The notes beneath the pieces are model-generated. The model worked only from the letters and a program-made list of their open reading frames with translations, searched no databases and had not been told where the DNA came from. The position numbers were made by a program, and so were the translations under genes. Below, in pieces: positions 58,914 to 64,000 of a stretch of 64,000 bases of DNA. Position 1 is the stretch's first letter; each line of letters begins with the position of its first letter. The DNA is from Desulfurococcales archaeon (GTDB lineage: Archaea > Thermoproteota > Thermoprotei_A > Sulfolobales > Desulfurococcaceae), in NCBI GenBank assembly GCA_027022365.1, contig JALVYU010000031.1, positions 224,001 to 288,000 on the forward strand, written 5' to 3'.

Positions 58914-60023
58914 ATGAGCTATAGAACAGATAAGGACAAGCTCTTCCAAACCCTAAAGAAGCTGACAGACGTGCCATCGCCATCCGGGTTCGAGGACAAA
59001 ATACGAGAAGTAGTGATCGAGGAGCTGAAGCCCTACGCCGACAAGATATGGGTAGACAGCATGGGAAATGTAATCGCCCTAAAGAAGGGATCCGGGGAAG
59101 GAAAACTGATGCTTGCCGCACACATGGACGAGATCGCGCTCATGGTGAAAGCCATCGATAAGAACGGGTTCATAAGATTCGTACCCATAGGAGGCTGGTC
59201 TCCCAGAATACTCCCAGGCCAGAGAGTCGTAATAGTGACTCTAGACGGTAAGACGATCAGAGGGGTGATCGGTAGCAAGCCTCCGCACATCATGAAGCCC
59301 GAGGAGCAGAACAAGGTCATCCCAATACACGAGCTATTCATAGACATCGGCGTAACGAGTAGAGAGGAAGCCGAGAAGCTCGGAGTAACCATAGGCAGTG
59401 TCATTGTAATGGATAGAGAGACCGTGAGGATAGGGAATGGCGACATAGTTACTGGTAGAGCACTGGACGATAAAATCGGAGTAGCTGTAATGATTGAATC
59501 ATTCAAAGAGCTCGAGAACCCAGCAGTAGATGTTTACGCCGTGGCCACAGTACAGGAAGAAGTGGGGCTAAAGGGAGCAAGGACGGCCGCCTACAGCATT
59601 TCCCCCGACCTAGCAATAGCCCTCGATGTTACAGTAGCCTCGGACATACCAGGTGTACCGGAGGAGGACTACGTGACGAGAGTTGGGAAGGGCCCAGCAA
59701 TCAAGATAATGGATGGTAGAGCGGGGACAGGGCAGATAGTGCCTAAACCAATAAGGGACCTACTGATTAGGACCGCCAAGGAGGATAATATACCGTACCA
59801 GCTCGAAGTACTGCCTGGCGGAACAACCGATGCTGCGGCAATACAGCTGACTAAATCCGGTATTCCTGCCGGCACGGTGAGCATACCGACGAGATATCTG
59901 CACAGCCCCGTAGAGCTACTGAGCCTTGAAGACAGCTTCAATGCGGTTCGATTGATCAACGGGTTCATTAAGAGGCTAAATAAGGACTGGGTAAACAATG
60001 TCCTCAGACGCGAAGTCAAATAA
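58914..60023 (+). CDS. M42 family aminopeptidase (TET-like)
   Basis: PSGFE, AAHMDE, ALDDK, VQEEVGLKGA, GGTTDA, RYLHSPVE. Confidence 0.96.
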   Translation: MSYRTDKDKLFQTLKKLTDVPSPSGFEDKIREVVIEELKPYADKIWVDSMGNVIALKKGSGEGKLMLAAHMDEIALMVKAIDKNGFIRFVPIGGWSPRILPGQRVVIVTLDGKTIRGVIGSKPPHIMKPEEQNKVIPIHELFIDIGVTSREEAEKLGVTIGSVIVMDRETVRIGNGDIVTGRALDDKIGVAVMIESFKELENPAVDVYAVATVQEEVGLKGARTAAYSISPDLAIALDVTVASDIPGVPEEDYVTRVGKGPAIKIMDGRAGTGQIVPKPIRDLLIRTAKEDNIPYQLEVLPGGTTDAAAIQLTKSGIPAGTVSIPTRYLHSPVELLSLEDSFNAVRLINGFIKRLNKDWVNNVLRREVK

Positions 60024-60071
60024 TGTTTTTATAGCACATTATATGCCCCTATCTATAAATGGTAAACAATC

Positions 60072-61394
60072 TTGGAGAAAAACACTAGACACAGGATAGT
60101 GCTCGTATCACTCATTATGGCTGGTCTAGTAATAAGGTCTATTCTAGCCCCATATACTACCGGGAGCGATATAGCCCAGTTCGCCGGCTTCGCGGATACC
60201 TTCCTGAGACACGGCATTTGCTTCTACAAGTATAGCGGCTCTGCCTCCTTCATCGCCGAAAACTGGCCATACGATTGGCCCTACGTATATGGTCCGCCAC
60301 TCATATTGTTTCTTGGATTGCTCCGATTATTCGTTCATGATAAAGTGATCCACTACTATGACACATTAGGCCATTATTACGTCTACGTACCAGTGAATTG
60401 GATCGTAGCTTGCAAGGCATTATTCATACTATTCGATACCCTGTCGGCGATCATGGTATATCTGATAATAAAGAGGATTACGGGTCGTGCCAGTAAGGCG
60501 CTGCTCGGCATGACTGTATACTACTTCAACCCAATGACAATCTATGTATCATCCATATATGGGATGTTCGACCCAATAGCATTCTTCTTCCTGCTAGCAT
60601 CACTATACTTCATAATCAACAACAAGAGAATTCTGGGCGCTCTTTCAATGGGGTTATCGCTGGTAATTAAGCAAACAATGTTATTTCCGACAATCTATTA
60701 TTTGTTGTATACTCTCCGGAGCGACGGTATAAAGAGATCCATTAGGGATGCTGTACTAATAGTCCTTCCCGGAATAGTTTTCATGGTTCCTTTCATGCTT
60801 TGCCCTAGATCGATGGATGTTTTTCTAGAGGATCTAAAGATGGTCAGTAACCCGTCATATACTTATCCTATATCATATAGCTTTAACGGATTTTCGAGCC
60901 TAGCCACCTACCTTAACAGCATAAGCGGTTCAAACACATTATGGGTTATAAAATACTGGTTCGTTCCAGCACTATTACTGACGATAGTTTATGTTTTCGT
61001 GCTCGCGAGAAAAGGAGGTGATCCGCTGTTATCTATTGTCATAGGATATCTGGTCTACATCGCTACCTATTGGAGGATTAATGCACAGTACTTATTGCCT
61101 GCTATAGGGCTCCTGGCTGTAGCGTTTTTTCACCCCCTAATAACTGGTAGGGCAAGAATAGCTGTAGCGGCATCCATATTCCTCATCGGATTCTGGCCCA
61201 TAATGTTCCCGACGAGCTGGTGGGCACACGTACATATAAGGAGCCCCAATATGTTAATCTGGAGGCTTCTAGACTTCTTCAGCTTGATGGTGTTTGATCG
61301 CCTATACTATGTCTGCTACAGTATACTATTGACATTAACACTTTATGTTACCATAATCACATTAATATCTAGAATACATAGAAGAATAATATAG
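60072..61394 (+). CDS. GT-C fold glycosyltransferase (GT87/PIG-M-like)
   Basis: SD after TM1, PYVYGP, K...ILFD, FNP..IYVS.IYGMFD, IKQ, QY. Confidence 0.8.
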   Translation: MEKNTRHRIVLVSLIMAGLVIRSILAPYTTGSDIAQFAGFADTFLRHGICFYKYSGSASFIAENWPYDWPYVYGPPLILFLGLLRLFVHDKVIHYYDTLGHYYVYVPVNWIVACKALFILFDTLSAIMVYLIIKRITGRASKALLGMTVYYFNPMTIYVSSIYGMFDPIAFFFLLASLYFIINNKRILGALSMGLSLVIKQTMLFPTIYYLLYTLRSDGIKRSIRDAVLIVLPGIVFMVPFMLCPRSMDVFLEDLKMVSNPSYTYPISYSFNGFSSLATYLNSISGSNTLWVIKYWFVPALLLTIVYVFVLARKGGDPLLSIVIGYLVYIATYWRINAQYLLPAIGLLAVAFFHPLITGRARIAVAASIFLIGFWPIMFPTSWWAHVHIRSPNMLIWRLLDFFSLMVFDRLYYVCYSILLTLTLYVTIITLISRIHRRII

Positions 61395-61415
61395 GTCATC
61401 GCCTGACCGTAACCG

Positions 61416-62693
61416 GTGGTGCAACTCTTGTCAACACACTCTCTCAGGAAGATCATAGAAGACACGTTGATGCAAATGATATCTTCAGGAGGCGCTATGG
61501 CAGGTATTGCTGGACTATTGTGGGGTCTGAGAGAACAAGTATTTGTCGAAACAGTAACAGGGGGGGCACCACTCATTACTGATGGCATCTATATAGGTGT
61601 TGACCCGATAAAGCTATCGTCTTTGAACATAGATGTGAGGGCCCGCCTACTTTATCATGTCGGTCTACACATGCTGGATGGTGATCCCCCGATTATCTAT
61701 GGACGTGGAATATATAGCGGGCTGGCCGAGGCAGTGATAGATCCCTATCTCAGATACGGAGAAGTGGAGGAGCTTGTCGATTACTTTGTCAAAAAGATCA
61801 GAAAAGAAACGGGTCTGCTAGTCTATACCGACGAGTTTGACCCATACCTTGAAGACCCGGGCATACTCTATGGTGTACTTAAATCGCTTTGTCTTAGGAA
61901 CAAGGTTGATCCGAACACTATTTTCGATTTGGAACGACACGTTGTCCCGCCCGGAAGTATATCGGGGAAAGGCCTTGACGGCAAAACGAAGAATCCGCCG
62001 GAAAAACCATATATTGTCGCTGTGAACATGTCGAGGCGTATGGTGTCTGATCTAAGAAGGAACGCCGATACGCAATCCTTGTTTCTCGTCGAGAACCTTC
62101 CATCAATGAGAAGGCCTAAGAAGACATGGGTCGAAAGGATCAGAGATATAGTATCGAGTCTTTCAGGCGAGAAGGCAAGCTTGATACTAGTTATTGATCT
62201 TCCGGGCGTTACCGATGAAGAAGCAGAGATATTCACGGGTACCATAAAGGTCGCGGTCGGTGAAGCAGGCTATAATCTCGATATTGTTAGAACCATGTGT
62301 GTAGCAGATACGCTATGTACATCATACATCGGCCTAACGCCCAGGTATAAGGAGATAAATGAGAAATGCCGAAGATCCGGAGAAACTCTGATGACGGAGC
62401 CTATGAGACTTGTAAAATCTATGACTTTCGAAGCAGCCATAATATTTACTGACGGCTACTGGGGAGACGAGTACGAGGAAGAGCTGCTCAAGGACGCTAA
62501 AAGCGTATGTACTAAGTTCAGAAAACCAGTAAAGAAAGGATTCTTCTTCAAGAGAGTTCTTCCCCGTACAGTAGACACACTCGTTTTAACGACAGGGCTG
62601 GAACCCGGGGGATTAAAGGATGCTGGCTGGGAAATACTGTTTTTCTATGAAGGCATGTATAATGGGCTGAGAGAAGTATTCATCAAACGCTAA
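61416..62693 (+). CDS. Degenerate DUF2201-like (metallopeptidase plus vWA) protein
   Basis: TDG.YI..DP, LLYHVGLHML, W...IRDIV, LVIDLPG, IIFTDGY. Confidence 0.6.
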   Translation: MVQLLSTHSLRKIIEDTLMQMISSGGAMAGIAGLLWGLREQVFVETVTGGAPLITDGIYIGVDPIKLSSLNIDVRARLLYHVGLHMLDGDPPIIYGRGIYSGLAEAVIDPYLRYGEVEELVDYFVKKIRKETGLLVYTDEFDPYLEDPGILYGVLKSLCLRNKVDPNTIFDLERHVVPPGSISGKGLDGKTKNPPEKPYIVAVNMSRRMVSDLRRNADTQSLFLVENLPSMRRPKKTWVERIRDIVSSLSGEKASLILVIDLPGVTDEEAEIFTGTIKVAVGEAGYNLDIVRTMCVADTLCTSYIGLTPRYKEINEKCRRSGETLMTEPMRLVKSMTFEAAIIFTDGYWGDEYEEELLKDAKSVCTKFRKPVKKGFFFKRVLPRTVDTLVLTTGLEPGGLKDAGWEILFFYEGMYNGLREVFIKR

Positions 62694-62778
62694 CAGACTA
62701 CATATTTCTTTGTTGAACGTGCAGTAATATTAATTCGATACATTCAGACTGTATAATCTAGTATAGATAATCTATACA

Positions 62779-63495
62779 TGGGTGGAGATCTTGATTAAGG
62801 CTGTAACATTTGATGTATGGAATACTCTCCTAAGACTAGATGTCATGAGAGAACGGATGGCCGAGGGAATAGCCGAGGTCGTTGGTCGAGATCCCCTTGA
62901 GATGAGGCTCGTCGTCGAGGAACTAGTACGCGATATAAAGGCTAAAAGGCAGAGGCTCGAGGTAACAGATCCTCTTGAAGCCTCTTGGGAACTGCTTGCC
63001 GAAAGACTAGAGTGTAGAATTAATGATATTAAGAACGGGGTTGCTAGGGGGCTGCTTAGAGTCCTTGAGGATCCCGAGCCCCTCTTGTTCTCGGATACGC
63101 TGGGCGTTATTAGGTCTCTAAGGGATGATATGGAGAAACTAGCGGTAATAGGCAATGTACTCCTATGGCCCGGAAGCTATACTAGAGTCATACTTGAGAG
63201 GCTCGGTATAGCTGAGTACATGGACCTGATTGTATTCGCGGACGAGGCGGGAGCCATGAAGCCTGACAGAAGGCTATTCTTGAATGTTTTAAAACAACTT
63301 GGGATAGAGCCGTCCGAGGCAATACATGTTGGTGACGGGATAATAGAGGATCTAGGCGGAGCACTATCTTCCGGGATGAAAGCAGCTATAATAAGACCAG
63401 AAACCGGAAGAACCACGGTAATTAAGGAACTAGGTATAGCGATCATACCGAACATAGGCTTTCTCCCGGAGGCCATCTACATGCTTAATAGATAA
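62779..63495 (+). CDS. HAD family hydrolase
   Basis: FDVWNTL, KPD, HVGD..EDLGGA; ATG at 62779 or GTG at 62782. Confidence 0.92.
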   Translation, partial: WVEILIKAVTFDVWNTLLRLDVMRERMAEGIAEVVGRDPLEMRLVVEELVRDIKAKRQRLEVTDPLEASWELLAERLECRINDIKNGVARGLLRVLEDPEPLLFSDTLGVIRSLRDDMEKLAVIGNVLLWPGSYTRVILERLGIAEYMDLIVFADEAGAMKPDRRLFLNVLKQLGIEPSEAIHVGDGIIEDLGGALSSGMKAAIIRPETGRTTVIKELGIAIIPNIGFLPEAIYMLNR

Positions 63496-63555
63496 AGGAC
63501 AAGCCGTACCCGGCAACTACCAATAACTCGGTTCTCAGTCTTAATTTATGTATGG

Positions 63556-63915
63556 GTGAATAACGTGCAACCACTGATTAAATCCTATAGTTTCGGAAAA
63601 ATCATCATAGACGGTGAGGTATATACACATGATATAATCATACTTCCTGATAGAATAATTGATAATTGGTGGAGGAAAGAAGGCCATTATCTCCAACTCG
63701 ACGATCTAAAGGATATAGGGGAGATCATAGCCGATGCGGCCGTTATAGGGACTGGATACTATGGACTAATGCGTGTCGACAAGGAAGTGATCGAGTACTT
63801 CAAGGAGAAGGGCATGGAGGTATACGTGGCTGAGACGAGGAAAGCCGTTGAGAAATACAATGAGCTTGTCAAGAAGGGTAAGAAGGTGATCGGATTATTC
63901 CACTTGACCTGCTAG
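63556..63915 (+). CDS. Mth938-like (DUF498) protein
   Basis: YSFGKI.IDG..YTHD, GTGYYG, AVEKYN, HLTC. Confidence 0.93.
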   Translation: MNNVQPLIKSYSFGKIIIDGEVYTHDIIILPDRIIDNWWRKEGHYLQLDDLKDIGEIIADAAVIGTGYYGLMRVDKEVIEYFKEKGMEVYVAETRKAVEKYNELVKKGKKVIGLFHLTC

Positions 63916-64000
63916 TTTCCGCCCAAGCTCACTATCATATAGTTTAGCGTTTTTGGTAATTGCTCAATACTATATTCTATATTGATATATCTCCGCAATA

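Noticed and set aside
247-63476. Many antisense or alternate-frame ORFs in the track (e.g. 2326-2715, 24503-25000, 40770-41291, 41985-42512, 59033-59506)
   Set aside because: Shadows of well-supported genes, with Ser/Ile-rich composition and no motifs.
1-64000. CRISPR arrays, tRNA/rRNA, IS elements, integrases, defence islands
   Set aside because: None seen; intergenic gaps are short and I found no regularly spaced repeats or transposase motifs by eye.

Overview
Gene-dense chromosomal segment of a crenarchaeon (Thermoprotei, probably Desulfurococcales-like; inferred from the CC1 chromatin protein, DGGGP synthase, TATA-type promoters, GGTGA Shine-Dalgarno motifs and many TTG/GTG starts). About 65 CDS; I saw no tRNA, rRNA, CRISPR array or transposase. 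Recognisable blocks: GH38 mannosidase plus GPH transporter; a Yip1/DUF4097/wHTH envelope module; a pst phosphate operon with pstS fused to pstC, and phoU; hypA-mrp, hypD, moeA, moaB; a split MoxR-DUF58-vWA-vWA system interleaved with an ABC exporter; thrC; M32 and M42 peptidases; amt; a second ABC-2 exporter; lipid genes; SIS-nagA; MATE; a GT-C glycosyltransferase. Best candidates for new biology: (1) a cstA / small hydrophobic protein / cysteine-free Get3-ArsA ATPase / CCDC47-like anchored protein / methyltransferase cluster that may be a dedicated membrane-protein biogenesis or energising module; (2) a full-length GlmS whose glutaminase site is dead, placed head-to-head with an ammonium channel; (3) the PstS-PstC fusion at a G5/C5 hairpin; (4) a structured GC-rich ncRNA candidate at 52-125. 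All family calls come from recognising motifs by eye, not from database searches.
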